Assembly: GCA_033763455.1 (NCBI GenBank)
Contig: JANRKO010000035.1
Coordinates: forward strand, 1-64,000
Length of the DNA: 64,000 bases
From: Polyangiaceae bacterium
GTDB lineage: Bacteria > Myxococcota_A > Polyangia > Polyangiales > Polyangiaceae
Direction: 5' to 3'
This document shows positions 9,466 to 19,914 of this stretch, piece after piece. The notes beneath the pieces were generated by a model, which was not told where the DNA came from, ran no database searches, and saw only the letters and a list, made by a program, of their open reading frames with translations. Numbering within the stretch: the stretch's first letter is position 1; the number at the start of each line of letters is the position of its first letter. The position numbers were made by a program, and so were the translations under genes.

Positions 9466-10851
9466 ATGCGGGACGGACAGCGCTATCAAGTCATCGACAA
9501 GATCGCGGCCGGAGGCATGGCCGAAGTGTACCGCGGAGAGAGCGCTGGCATCGAAGGCTTTCGCAAACAAGTGGCGATCAAGCGTGTGCTCAGCAAGCTG
9601 AGCGCCAACGAAGAATTCATCCACATGTTCCTGGATGAGGCCCGGCTTTGCGCCTTTCTGAACCACTCCAAATGCGTCCAGGTGTTCGACATCGGTCAGG
9701 CTGCAGGTTCACATTTCATTGTGATGGAGTACGTCGACGGCGCGGATCTGAAAGGTATATTGGATTACCTTTCGAGCCAGAACCGTGCGCTCAGCCCTGA
9801 GGTGGCGCTGCTCATTGCCGCCCAAATCTGCGAAGGCCTCGCCTACGCTCACGACTGCAAAGATCACCGGGGAGAGCCGCTCAACATCGTGCACCGCGAT
9901 GTTTCCCCACACAACGTGCTGATGACAAAATACGGTGAAGTGAAGTTGGTAGATTTTGGCCTCGCCAAAGCCAGCTCGCATCTCACCGACGAAGACGAAG
10001 GCATGGTGAAGGGGAAATTCGGCTACCTAGCGCCCGAGATCTGCATTGGCGCACCCGCGGATAAGCGCGTCGACATCTTCGCAGCCGGGATTTTACTGTG
10101 GGAGATGTTAGCTGGTCGCCGTTTGTTTCTGGGTGATAGTGATCTCGAAACCTTCAAGCAGGTGCGAGCAGCCGAGGTGCCAGATATTCGTTCCATCCGC
10201 AGTGACGTGAATGAAGACGTGGCGAGAGTGCTCAAAAAAGCGCTCGCCAAAGATCCAGCAGAACGCTACGCAACCGCCGACGCGTACGCCAAGGACCTAA
10301 GCCTAGCCTTGGTTCGTCTGGGAAAGCCTGTTTCCTATCTGGATCTGGCAGAGATCGTGCGGGAAACGGCCGCCGCTCGCAGCCGCAACAAGAAGCCGGA
10401 AAAGGTGGATGCGAGCGCCTTCATCGGCGACGTGATCATTGAAGCTTTGCACTCCTTCTCCGAACAGCGCGCAGCCTCGCGTCTCCCGGGAGCCGCGAAG
10501 GCCCAATCACGACACTCTTTTGAAAACCCACTCGATTGGGGGCTCGACGACGTGCTCGGTGACTTCGGCGTGGAGCCCACCAAAGCGCCCCTGCCCGCCG
10601 CAGGAAGGCCGGCTGAGCCACCAGCCCCGGCACCGCCTCCGCAGGCGGGGGCGGCCCCGAGCGCGCCCGCCGCACCCGTCGCGCCGGGTCCACCACCGCG
10701 TAAAGCGGGCCTTCCGCTCCCAACCGCCGCAAAGCCTGGCTCATCATCCACCCCGGAGGTCGCTCGGGGAACGGCACCGAGCGCACCTCAGCCCCCAGGC
10801 GCGCCGGGTGAAAAGGGCAACGGTTGGTGGAAACGCTGGTGGAATTCTTAG
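9466..10851 (+). CDS. Serine/threonine protein kinase (Hanks type) with Pro-rich tail
   Basis: GGMAEVY, VAIKR, HRDVSPHNVL, DFGLAK, GKFGYLAPE and DIFAAG. Confidence 0.95.
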   Translation: MRDGQRYQVIDKIAAGGMAEVYRGESAGIEGFRKQVAIKRVLSKLSANEEFIHMFLDEARLCAFLNHSKCVQVFDIGQAAGSHFIVMEYVDGADLKGILDYLSSQNRALSPEVALLIAAQICEGLAYAHDCKDHRGEPLNIVHRDVSPHNVLMTKYGEVKLVDFGLAKASSHLTDEDEGMVKGKFGYLAPEICIGAPADKRVDIFAAGILLWEMLAGRRLFLGDSDLETFKQVRAAEVPDIRSIRSDVNEDVARVLKKALAKDPAERYATADAYAKDLSLALVRLGKPVSYLDLAEIVRETAAARSRNKKPEKVDASAFIGDVIIEALHSFSEQRAASRLPGAAKAQSRHSFENPLDWGLDDVLGDFGVEPTKAPLPAAGRPAEPPAPAPPPQAGAAPSAPAAPVAPGPPPRKAGLPLPTAAKPGSSSTPEVARGTAPSAPQPPGAPGEKGNGWWKRWWNS

Positions 10852-11041
10852 CTCAGGCCTAAGCCCATGGTTGTTGGACGGGTATGTTTCTGGCGTTAAT
10901 CTGAGGATTCGGGCGGATTATCCCTTTCAGATACGACCGACCTAGACGGCACGGCCAAACCTGGACGAACGCACACCTTGGGCTAATGAAGGCCCCTCCG
11001 CGCTTCTATCCAAAGGCAACCTGCTCCAAGAAGGCTCCCTC

Positions 11042-12910
11042 ATGTTCTCATGGTTTGAAAGCCGCCTCGACCCATTTCCCACAGCGGAGCCGAAGCAGCC
11101 CCCGAAAACGCTGTTAGCTTTCTGCCGTCATTATACGGCGGGCGTCTGGCCAGCCATCCTCGTGATGGGGGCGCTCACTTCCCTCATCGCTATTCTTGAA
11201 GTCTCGATGTTCTCGTTCCTCGGGAACATCGTGGATTGGCTCGCCCAGTACAAAGCCGCCACATTTTTCACCGATGCGCGCCCCGAGCTGCTCTTGATGG
11301 CGGGCGTGGTGCTCGTGGCGCTTCCACTCACGCACTACGTGCATTCGAGCCTGATTCACCAGACGCTGCTCGGCAACTACCCCATGCGCATTCGCTGGGC
11401 CGTGCACCGCTATCTGATTCGTCAATCCATGACGTACTTTCAGCATGAGTTTTCGGGTCGCGTAGCGACCAAGCTCATGCAGACGGCACTGGCCGTGCGC
11501 GAAAGCGTGATGAAGCTGCTCGATGTTTTGAACTACGTGGCGGTGTATTTTTTGGGTGCCGTGTGGATAGCGGCGCGCGCGGATTTTTGGCTCATGGTGC
11601 CGTTTTTGGTGTGGCTCGCCTGCTACGTGAGCTTGCTGCGCTATTTTGTGCCAAAGCTGGGAAAAATTGGCGAGGAACAGGCTAACGCACGCTCCGTAAT
11701 GACGGGGCGCATCGTGGATAGCTACACCAACATCGCCACGGTGAAGCTTTTCTCTCACACCAAACGTGAGGAAGTCTACGCCAAAGAGAGCATGCAGGAT
11801 TTCTTGGGCACCGTGCACGCTCAGATGCGCCTGATCACCAAGCTCTACATGACACTCAACCTCTTGAACGCTTCGCTTCTATTTAGCACGGGGTGGCTTT
11901 CTCTTTCGCTTTGGACAACGGGTGCTGTCTCTATTGGTGCGGTAGCGGTTGCGATTGGGCTTGTTTTGCGCATGGGCGGCATGTCGCAATGGATCATGTG
12001 GGAGGCCTCCGCTTTGTTCGAGAATATTGGCACTGTGGAGGACGGCATCAGCTCCATTGCTCTGCCCCGTGTGGTGGAGGATGAGCCCAACGCGCCCCCT
12101 CTGAAGGTGAACGCAGGTGCTATTGAATTCCGAGACGTTACCTTCCACTACGGCAAAGGCAGTGGCGTGCTCTCTGGCGTAAGCCTTCAGGTAAAGCCCG
12201 GTGAGCGAGTCGGAATTGTGGGGCGTTCGGGTGCGGGAAAGTCCACCTTGGTGAACCTGCTGCTACGTTTCTACGACGTGGAGTCGGGTCAAATCCTGAT
12301 CGACGACCAGGACATTGCGAAAGTTTCGCAGGATTCGCTGCGCGCCAACATTGGCATGGTGACCCAAGACACCTCGCTCCTACACCGCTCAGTGCGCGAC
12401 AACATCCTCTACGGGAGGCCGGATGCCACAGAAGAGATGTTGCACGAAGCCGCCGACAAATCCGAGGCTGCGGCGTTTATTGCGCACTTGAGCGATCCTA
12501 AAGGACGCACGGGCTACGACGCCCACGTCGGAGAGCGCGGCGTTACGCTTTCTGGCGGTCAGCGTCAGCGCATCGCTATAGCACGTGTGATGTTGAAGGA
12601 CGCTCCGATCCTTATCCTGGACGAAGCCACCTCAGCGCTCGATTCCGAGGTGGAAGCTGCCATTCAGCAGAACCTAGAAAAGCTCATGCATGGCAAGACA
12701 GTGATCGCGATTGCTCATCGGCTGTCGACCATCGCCGCGCTCGATCGCCTGATCGTGATAGATGGCGGTAAGGTGGTCGAAGACGGAACCCACCAAGAGC
12801 TCGTCGCCCGGGGAGGCCTTTATTCGCAGCTCTGGGCGCGCCAATCCGGGGGCTTTCTCGGGGCAGAAAAGGACGACAAAGCCGATAAAGCCGTGGATGC
12901 GGCCCAATAG
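11042..12910 (+). CDS. ABC exporter, fused permease and ATP-binding domains
   Basis: TM domain followed by GRSGAGKST, LSGGQRQR, ILILDEATSALD and IAHRLST. Confidence 0.95.
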   Translation: MFSWFESRLDPFPTAEPKQPPKTLLAFCRHYTAGVWPAILVMGALTSLIAILEVSMFSFLGNIVDWLAQYKAATFFTDARPELLLMAGVVLVALPLTHYVHSSLIHQTLLGNYPMRIRWAVHRYLIRQSMTYFQHEFSGRVATKLMQTALAVRESVMKLLDVLNYVAVYFLGAVWIAARADFWLMVPFLVWLACYVSLLRYFVPKLGKIGEEQANARSVMTGRIVDSYTNIATVKLFSHTKREEVYAKESMQDFLGTVHAQMRLITKLYMTLNLLNASLLFSTGWLSLSLWTTGAVSIGAVAVAIGLVLRMGGMSQWIMWEASALFENIGTVEDGISSIALPRVVEDEPNAPPLKVNAGAIEFRDVTFHYGKGSGVLSGVSLQVKPGERVGIVGRSGAGKSTLVNLLLRFYDVESGQILIDDQDIAKVSQDSLRANIGMVTQDTSLLHRSVRDNILYGRPDATEEMLHEAADKSEAAAFIAHLSDPKGRTGYDAHVGERGVTLSGGQRQRIAIARVMLKDAPILILDEATSALDSEVEAAIQQNLEKLMHGKTVIAIAHRLSTIAALDRLIVIDGGKVVEDGTHQELVARGGLYSQLWARQSGGFLGAEKDDKADKAVDAAQ

Positions 12911-12924
12911 GTAAAGGGCCTAGG

Positions 12925-13131
12925 GTGCCGTTTCCCGCCGAGGTTTGGCTCGACTTCGAGTCGCCACTTTCCACCATCCAAGCGAAGCTCATGCAGGGCT
13001 TTGAGTCATCCACGGAAAGTAGCGTCCGCAGGGATCGCCGTGGTAACTCGGCGTGAGAAACGCCGAGCCGCGCGGCCTTCGCCTTGGCTGTTTCGTACTC
13101 CTGTTCTGTGAGACTCCTGGGTGCGGAGCAT
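12925..13131 (-). pseudogene. Frameshifted CopG/RHH-type antitoxin remnant
   Basis: ATG-CTC-CGC-ACC-CAG (MLRTQ), then a frame change to SLTEQEYETAKAKAARLGVSHAELPRRSLRTLL..DSKP..MVESGDSKSSQ. No toxin downstream. Confidence 0.6.
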
Positions 13132-13374
13132 GGTGATATCGGCGTCCCACGAAATTCTAGCATCGGCGCACCTTCTGGGCGGAACGAGTATTAAACCCAT
13201 TGAACCCATTGGACCCCCGCGAGAGCCTGTTTCTTTCGTGCATGAGGCGCGTAGGATGGCTCCATCATCGCCAAATGGTTTCGGTGGGTGGCGCCAGGTA
13301 GTTCAACAGCCTATGAACAAGCCGATTGTGCCGCAAGGCACGCCGCCCAGCGCCGCACCGAGGGGAGCTAACCC

Positions 13375-14622
13375 ATGAGCAAGCAACCAGAGAAGCCAGC
13401 CCCATCAACAGCCCCTGCCCGGGTTGAGTACCTGCGCGTTGAGAACTACCGGGCTCTGCGGAACGTGGAGCTCAAAGATCTCACGCCCCTCACCGCGCTC
13501 CTCGGACCGAACGGTAGCGGCAAGTCAACCATCTTCGATGTCTTCAACTTCCTGTCAGAATGCTTCCAACATGGGCTTCGCTATGCTTGGGATCGCCGCG
13601 GCCGCGCGAAGGAACTTCGTACCCGCGGGCAAGACGGGCCGGTCGTCATCGAGCTAAAGTATCGTGAAAAGCCGAAGCAGCCGATTATCACCTACCACCT
13701 CGCCGTCAATGAGGAATCTAAGGGCCCTTTCGTTGCGGAGGAGTGGCTGCAATGGAAACGAGGACACCGCGGACGACCGTTTCGTTTCCTTGAGTACAAG
13801 AATGGCCAGGGTCGGGCTGCCAGCGGCGACATGCCGGACGAGCAGGACGAGCGTGTCGAAAGGCCCTTGCGCACGCCAGACCTCATCGCAGTCAACACGC
13901 TCGGCCAATTCGCCGAGCATCCACGCGTGGCCGCGCTGCGCGAGTTCATCACGGACTGGTACGTCTCCTACCTGTCCATTGATGATGCTCGCGGGCAACC
14001 AGAGGCTGGCCCCCAAGAACGCCTGAGCAAGACGGGCAACAACCTCCCCAATGTTATCCAATACCTGAAGGAACGGCACCCGAAGGACCTGGAGCATATG
14101 TTTCAGGTGCTGCGCCGGCGCGTACCGCGCCTGGAGTCGGTACTGGCGGAGCCGATGCCTGACGGTCGATTATTACTCCAAATCAAGGACGCCCCCTTCG
14201 ACCAGCCCGTCCTCTCGAGGTTCGCCTCCGATGGCACGCTGAAGCTCTTGGCCTATCTCACAGTGCTACACGATCCGGAACCGCCTCAGTTCGTCGGTAT
14301 CGAGGAGCCGGAAAATTTCCTGCACCCGCGACTGCTGCCTGAGCTGGCAGAAGAGTGCCGAGCGGCGACGGAGCGCTCACAACTTCTGGTCACCACGCAT
14401 TCGCCGTTCTTCATTGACACCTTGAAGCCGCAAGAAGTGCGTGCGTTGTACCGGGATGAGCAGGGCTACACACAGGCCGTTCGCGCGTCCGATGTCCAGG
14501 GCATTCCCGACTTCGTGCATGCGGGGGCTTCCCTGGGTCACCTGTGGCTCGAAGGCCACCTGGGGGTCGGTGATCCACTGGTCAACGCGGGTGCGCCTCA
14601 GCGGAAGGGACCAAGCAAGTGA
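13375..14622 (+). CDS. ABC-type ATPase (AAA_21/AAA_15-like)
   Basis: VENYRAL, Walker A GPNGSGKS, signature ASDGT, Walker [10 protein letters not shown]-loop VTTHSP; no TM segments. Confidence 0.92.
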   Translation: MSKQPEKPAPSTAPARVEYLRVENYRALRNVELKDLTPLTALLGPNGSGKSTIFDVFNFLSECFQHGLRYAWDRRGRAKELRTRGQDGPVVIELKYREKPKQPIITYHLAVNEESKGPFVAEEWLQWKRGHRGRPFRFLEYKNGQGRAASGDMPDEQDERVERPLRTPDLIAVNTLGQFAEHPRVAALREFITDWYVSYLSIDDARGQPEAGPQERLSKTGNNLPNVIQYLKERHPKDLEHMFQVLRRRVPRLESVLAEPMPDGRLLLQIKDAPFDQPVLSRFASDGTLKLLAYLTVLHDPEPPQFVGIEEPENFLHPRLLPELAEECRAATERSQLLVTTHSPFFIDTLKPQEVRALYRDEQGYTQAVRASDVQGIPDFVHAGASLGHLWLEGHLGVGDPLVNAGAPQRKGPSK

Positions 14623-15236
14623 CCGTGGCGCACGTGGAAATTCTGGTAGAGGAGCCATCCGCCGAAGCCGCTCTGCAGATCCTTCTGCCAAAAATTCTCG
14701 GTGACACGACGTTCGCTGTGCATGCGTCCACATGCAAGGATGCTCTCCTCAAGGGCCTACCAAAACTTCTGCGTGGCTACGCGTCTTGGCTACCTGACGA
14801 CTGGCGAATCGTGGTTGTGGTGGACCGCGACGCGGACAACTGCTCTGAGCTAAAGGGGAACTTGGAGGCGATGGCTGCTAGGGCCGGCCTTACCAGCAAG
14901 TCCAAAGCAAAGAATAAGCGCTTCACTGTTATAAATCGCCTGGCCGTCGAGGAGCTCGAAGCTTGGTACTTTGGCGACTGGGAGGCGGTGCGGCGAGCCT
15001 ACCCAAGGGTGAACCACAGCGTCCCCACACAAGCCAAGTACCGATCGCCTGACGAGATCAAAGGCGGAACATGGGAGGCCTTCGAACGCGTGCTCAAAGT
15101 CAGCGGGTACTTCAGGACGGGCTTGCGGAAGATCGAGGCGGCCCGTGCGGTGGCCTGGCACATGGACCCCAACGTCAACACCTCTCCGAGTTTCTGCACA
15201 CTCAGAGATGCGCTGGCTACTCTGGTGACCGCATAA
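14619..15236 (+). CDS. DUF4276-like (TOPRIM-like) putative nuclease
   Basis: [24 protein letters not shown] and NTSPSF; GTGA overlap with the ATPase stop. Confidence 0.8.
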   Translation: MTVAHVEILVEEPSAEAALQILLPKILGDTTFAVHASTCKDALLKGLPKLLRGYASWLPDDWRIVVVVDRDADNCSELKGNLEAMAARAGLTSKSKAKNKRFTVINRLAVEELEAWYFGDWEAVRRAYPRVNHSVPTQAKYRSPDEIKGGTWEAFERVLKVSGYFRTGLRKIEAARAVAWHMDPNVNTSPSFCTLRDALATLVTA

Positions 15237-15384
15237 GCGCGCTCTCCCCATTGGTGCTCGAAAACGCAGCCACAGGCCTCCGAGCGTCTCATCAGCACAA
15301 CTAGCCCTGAGTCGCCGGCCGTGGCTCGCAATACACCGCAGTCGGAGCCATCTTCCTCCGGCAGTCCCGAAAGCCTGATCCCCC

Positions 15385-15739
15385 AGCTTCCGGACCTGCG
15401 GATCTGGGTCGACGAAGGCCGTCCGGTGGCGCTTGCAGCGCGCACGCGCCCGCTCCTTGGAGGAGGTCTGTCAGCCTGGTCTACACGCCGCCTGGATTCC
15501 GAAGGCGTGGGTATGCCGGAGCGCTCGTCCACGCACTTTTAGCCGAGCTGGTTGCCAACGGCGCCCGCCATGTCGCGCTTTATGCGGACCTGACCAATCC
15601 GACATCGAACGCGCTCTATGCCCGCATCGGCTTCGTCCCTCAGCTCGACCAGACGCGGCAGTACTGGCAGGAGCAACCTGGAGGTTCTACGAATTCATCG
15701 ACGCGATCGCGAGCGCTCGTGACATCGCGGCGCGAGTGA
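15385..15739 (+). pseudogene. GNAT acetyltransferase remnant (5'-truncated, frameshifted)
   Basis: LRIWVDEGRPVALAARTRP in one frame, then after ~15465 VYTPPGFRRRGYAGALV...LYADLTNPTSNALYARIGF in another. Confidence 0.72.
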
Positions 15740-15857
15740 GGATTATCGGACCTTGAAAATCCATTGGTGACCTATGAATCTAAGTAACCCTGTGAGGCTA
15801 GACTTGCGTGCCTTTTGACCCAAATCAGCGCACCACCCACAGGCCTGTGCGTACGAC

Positions 15858-16811
15858 TCAGAAAACCAACGCCGCCCGTAGCTCATCAGCCGGCCCGGTT
15901 GCCTTATCGAGCGTTTCGACCGCCTTGGCCACATCTTTCGCGTCGCTCACCGGCAAGCGAATTTGGAAACGAACGTAAAGATCTCCCACCTTTTCGCCGC
16001 GCTTCACGCCGCGTTCTTTGAGCCGCAGCACCTGCCCGCTCTGCGCGCGCTGGGGAACTGTCAGCGTCACGTCGCCCGAGGGCGTGGGCACGCGGACTTT
16101 CGCGCCGCGATAGGCTTCACCGACGGAAATCGGCAAATCTAACTGTAAATCTAGCCCATCGCGATCAAAATACGGGTGGGGCTTTACTCGAATCGTGAGG
16201 ACCAGATCACCCGGTGGCCCGCCGTTAGGGCCGGGGGCACCGTGACCGCGCAACCGCACTTTATCACCGTCGTCAGCTCCTGGGGGGATGCGAACGGTGA
16301 GCTCTTCGCCGCCATCCTGCACGCGCAACTTCAGATTGACGCCATTGAGCGCCGCCGCAAAATCGACCGTTACCTCGCTGCCAACATCCGCGCCCTTGGC
16401 GGCTGCGCGCGGCCCACCTTGCTGCGCGGCTCGCGCCCGAGCGCCGAACAAATCCCCAAATAAATCCCCAATATTCGCGCCACCTGCGCCCCCGAAAATA
16501 TCTTCTACGCTGGCGCCTTGACCACCCCTGCGAAAACGAACCCTGCCGCCGCCCCCATAGGCCCGCGCCGCCTCAGCATCAAACCCTTCCCGTAAGCCAT
16601 CTTCACCAAAATCGTCGTAGAGCTTGCGCTTGGTAGCATCACCCAAGATCTGGTGCGCCCTATTGATCGTTTTGAACTTCGCCTCGGCCGCCTTGTCGTC
16701 AGGGCGCTTGTCGGGATGAAACTTCGCTGCAAGCTTTCTGTAAGCCTTACGGATTTCGTCCTGACTTGCGGTCTTAGAAACCCCAAGCTCTGCGTAGTAG
16801 TCGACAGCCAT
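15858..16811 (-). CDS. DnaJ-class chaperone without zinc finger (CbpA-like)
   Basis: DYYAELGV, FHPDK J-domain, G/F-rich region, DnaJ_C; no CxxCxGxG. Confidence 0.92.
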   Translation of the reverse strand: MAVDYYAELGVSKTASQDEIRKAYRKLAAKFHPDKRPDDKAAEAKFKTINRAHQILGDATKRKLYDDFGEDGLREGFDAEAARAYGGGGRVRFRRGGQGASVEDIFGGAGGANIGDLFGDLFGARARAAQQGGPRAAAKGADVGSEVTVDFAAALNGVNLKLRVQDGGEELTVRIPPGADDGDKVRLRGHGAPGPNGGPPGDLVLTIRVKPHPYFDRDGLDLQLDLPISVGEAYRGAKVRVPTPSGDVTLTVPQRAQSGQVLRLKERGVKRGEKVGDLYVRFQIRLPVSDAKDVAKAVETLDKATGPADELRAALVF

Positions 16812-16879
16812 TGGATGGGCGAAAAGGTAAGGCTGCGCTTCGGGGCAGGCAACGGGCCGACCGCCAAGGCGCATACCTT

Positions 16880-17731
16880 CTAGTGCGATTTCTGGCGTTT
16901 CCGCGACCGAGGCCGGCGCAGGCGGCAGTGAACCACGAGCGAATCGACCCAGTTCAGCCACCCCTGTTGGGCAAAATCTGGGCAATAGGCCGTGATCTCG
17001 AAGCCGTTGTAGTGAAGAAGCGCCTCCATCTCCTGGGGGAAAAATTGGCGATGCGTGAGCGGCACATCCCAGGGCTCACCGCCTTCGGGCTCATATTCGG
17101 ACCAAACCAGAAGCGTCTGCTTGAAGCGTTCGTAGAAGAAGCGCTCCGACGAATGCACTCGGGCCTGGGTGGTTGGATCCACGAAGGGCGGCACTCGGTA
17201 GCGCCGGTTGGGATCTCGCCCAAGGTCTCCCGGTTGCGGCAGGGAGTAGTCAAAAACGAATTCGCCCTGGGGCGTTAGGTGATCCTTCACACGGGCCAAG
17301 AACGCTTCTACGTCCGTGCGCTGGTAGAGGTGCAAGACGACGTTGAAGGGCGCAATGATGAGCGGGAAACGCCGTTTGAGCTTCACCTTTCGCATATCGC
17401 CGTATTTCAGGGAAATGCGGCGTGCGACTTCGGGAGCCTCACTTTTGAGCTGCTCTTTCAAATCGGTGAGCATCGGTCGCGAGAGATCGATGCCAGTAAC
17501 TGAGACCCCCTGCCGAGCTACAGGCAGAGCTACCCTGCCGTTGCCGACGCCGTATTCGAGCACCGGGCCACCATTCTGGCGCGCTAACTCGACGTAGTAA
17601 CCAACGTCTTTGAGCCGACGCCGGTACGCGCGCGTATAAAACGCGGGGTTCGAGTAGTGCGCAAGCGAGCCGAGCCCGTCGGGACGAGCGAGAGCCTCAA
17701 GACTCCGAGGGTGTGCGGCTTTTCGCGGAAC
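16880..17731 (-). CDS. Class I SAM-dependent methyltransferase (start uncertain)
   Basis: VLEYGVGNGRV, GIDLSRPML, GDMR and L.PQGEFVFD. The frame stays open upstream of GTG 17563 with no canonical start. Confidence 0.8.
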   Translation of the reverse strand, partial: VPRKAAHPRSLEALARPDGLGSLAHYSNPAFYTRAYRRRLKDVGYYVELARQNGGPVLEYGVGNGRVALPVARQGVSVTGIDLSRPMLTDLKEQLKSEAPEVARRISLKYGDMRKVKLKRRFPLIIAPFNVVLHLYQRTDVEAFLARVKDHLTPQGEFVFDYSLPQPGDLGRDPNRRYRVPPFVDPTTQARVHSSERFFYERFKQTLLVWSEYEPEGGEPWDVPLTHRQFFPQEMEALLHYNGFEITAYCPDFAQQGWLNWVDSLVVHCRLRRPRSRKRQKSH

Positions 17732-17732
17732 G

Positions 17733-17975
17733 TTAGTACCCGGTAATGGCGGCGGTCTCGTTGATGAACTCGCGCAACACTTCTTCGGTGTCCCGATGGA
17801 AGCGTACTTTACCTGCCGCGATTTCTCGGAGCGCGGTGACTGCGCACTTGTTGCGAGACTGCACCAACGTGGGCGTGCCCTTCATCAGCGTGCGGGCTCG
17901 GTGAGCGGCCAGCACTACTAGTGCAAACCGATTTTCCTCGTGCTCTAGGCAATCTTCAACGGTAACGCGTGCCAT
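17733..17975 (-). CDS. rpoZ: RNA polymerase omega subunit
   Basis: [10 protein letters not shown]...[14 protein letters not shown]...[13 protein letters not shown]. Confidence 0.96.
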   Translation of the reverse strand: MARVTVEDCLEHEENRFALVVLAAHRARTLMKGTPTLVQSRNKCAVTALREIAAGKVRFHRDTEEVLREFINETAAITGY

Positions 17976-17988
17976 GGGGTCGCCGAAG

Positions 17989-19764
17989 CTAGTCGACGCC
18001 TCCCCGAGCCGCAAGCACCTTCGGAGCCACGAGGCTCTCGAGCGATGGGTGGCCAGGCGCGATCAAACGAAGCTTCTCCGCGAACATGCTAGCCGCCTGG
18101 AAGTCTTGAAGGGAGAAAAGCATGAGCGCATGTTCAGCTAGTTGATCTTCTAGGACTCGCAACGTTCCTGCGTCGCGGGCGCCAGACCTTTGGGCCAGAG
18201 CCACGACACGGCTGAATGCCGCGTCGGACTCCAAGGCGGCCCCTTCACGATCCGAGCGGCCGAGCGCGTGGGGCGAAAACGCTACCCAAAAGCCGTGCGG
18301 CACCAGGTGCTCTCGCATCCGTGGGTCCCAATTCGGATCGAATTCCACGAACAATGGCCGCTCGACCGCCAGGGAAGACAGAGCAAATTCACTGGGGCGG
18401 CGACTCAGACGCAGATCCCGAACCACCGGTGCAAGCGCTGGCACCTGGCCAATCAGAGCATTGGCACCACTGCCATGCTTCAACGCGGCGAGGGGCGCCA
18501 CTATCAGGTCAGGACGTTGACCGCCGATTTCACGAGCAGCCCACAGGTGCCAGGCAAGCTTCGCGCTATCCAGCAACAAGACGCCACCCGGAGGCAGATC
18601 ACTCAAGGCCTCGTCGGTCCAAGCTTCGCTCGCGACGTGATCGCGACGGGCCGCGACATGTGTGGAGCGTTCGAAACCGAGCAGCACCAAAACGTAAAGT
18701 GCCGTCACCAAGAGGCCCACGCTCTGCCGCGCCATGGGCACCCGCAAGCGGGAGAGAGTGAAAGCCGAAGCCGCTCCAACGCCAGCAAAAATGCCAATGC
18801 CCGCGAGGCCAAGCAGGGCCAAAGGCGCCCAGGGATTGGCCCCAAAGGCTTCCTCGTTCGTGTGCCCAAAGAACGCTCCTGCTACGCACAGTGTAGCCAG
18901 TGAAAGCGCCAAAGCTCGGGTGTTAGAACGCAGGAACGTCGCCCCTATACCCAGAAGGGCTAACCCAAGCGCAAGCAGAGTGAAGTTCTCATCCACCATT
19001 GCGAGCGGTTGCTCGTTGGTCACCCGAGGGGCGGTTTCGCCGGCAAATGCGATACCCAGATCGGTGAAGGTACCGCCGGAACGAAGCAGCTGCCCGAAGA
19101 TAAGGCCAAGCGCGGTGAGGAAAAAAATGCCCAGCGCCACAGCTATCAGCCGTTTCGACCACGGCAGCACCCCGCGCCGTGTGCTCACGCGCACGCCGAT
19201 TGCGACAGCCAACGCCAAGGCCGCCACCCAACTCTCAGCGAGCGCCGCACCAAGCAGCGCCGCCAAGGCGAGCGGCACCCAAGGCGCCTCAGGTTCTCGA
19301 CACACCCAGAGCCCTGCCAAACACAGCACCGCGGCCAGAGTGAGGCCCCCTCCAACCGTGGCTTCGAGCTGCCAAGCGGGCGCCAGGGTAACCAGCCAGG
19401 CGGCACCCAAAGCTGCAGCACTCGCCGCACCAGGCGCGACGCCGAGCAGGCGGGCCAAATGCCGCGTGAGTTGATAGATCAAGGCGCCCGCGAGGCTGAG
19501 CGCCAAGACCGAAACGAGCGCGGCTCGGAGCCACTTGCCGCCAATCGGAAGCTCAACAGCGAGGCTGCCCAACAGTGCCGAAAGGGCCCCCTGAACTGCC
19601 GGCGGGCCCTCCCCCACTGCTGCAAGGAGCGCGGCGTCGTCCCGCCACTGGCTGCCAAAGCTGGCGCGCCAAATACCGACGACGAGAGGTGCGGCGGCCG
19701 CCAGGTAGCCAATCGCGGCAAACAGAGGGCGTGGGGCCGTGGGGTTAGGCGACATTGCTCCCAC
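17989..19764 (-). CDS. Polytopic membrane protein, possibly GT-C/DUF2723-like
   Basis: About 10 hydrophobic segments followed by a soluble domain ([15 protein letters not shown]). Confidence 0.6.
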   Translation of the reverse strand: MGAMSPNPTAPRPLFAAIGYLAAAAPLVVGIWRASFGSQWRDDAALLAAVGEGPPAVQGALSALLGSLAVELPIGGKWLRAALVSVLALSLAGALIYQLTRHLARLLGVAPGAASAAALGAAWLVTLAPAWQLEATVGGGLTLAAVLCLAGLWVCREPEAPWVPLALAALLGAALAESWVAALALAVAIGVRVSTRRGVLPWSKRLIAVALGIFFLTALGLIFGQLLRSGGTFTDLGIAFAGETAPRVTNEQPLAMVDENFTLLALGLALLGIGATFLRSNTRALALSLATLCVAGAFFGHTNEEAFGANPWAPLALLGLAGIGIFAGVGAASAFTLSRLRVPMARQSVGLLVTALYVLVLLGFERSTHVAARRDHVASEAWTDEALSDLPPGGVLLLDSAKLAWHLWAAREIGGQRPDLIVAPLAALKHGSGANALIGQVPALAPVVRDLRLSRRPSEFALSSLAVERPLFVEFDPNWDPRMREHLVPHGFWVAFSPHALGRSDREGAALESDAAFSRVVALAQRSGARDAGTLRVLEDQLAEHALMLFSLQDFQAASMFAEKLRLIAPGHPSLESLVAPKVLAARGGVD

Positions 19765-19914
19765 TAGGAATGCCCAGAAATTTGGAACTTGGCCTAGTTT
19801 CTGGAAGTGTTCCTGGGAACGTTCCGGCGCGGAATTGAGCGCTCAGCGTTTCAGCGCTAAAAGGCGCGCCCCGCTCCCGAAACCGCAATCTTTCGAATTT
19901 TCTGAGGCATTCCC

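Noticed and set aside
18190..19767. Long plus-strand ORFs opposite the membrane protein, and similar antisense ORFs elsewhere
   Set aside because: Shadow ORFs expected at high GC, with no motifs.
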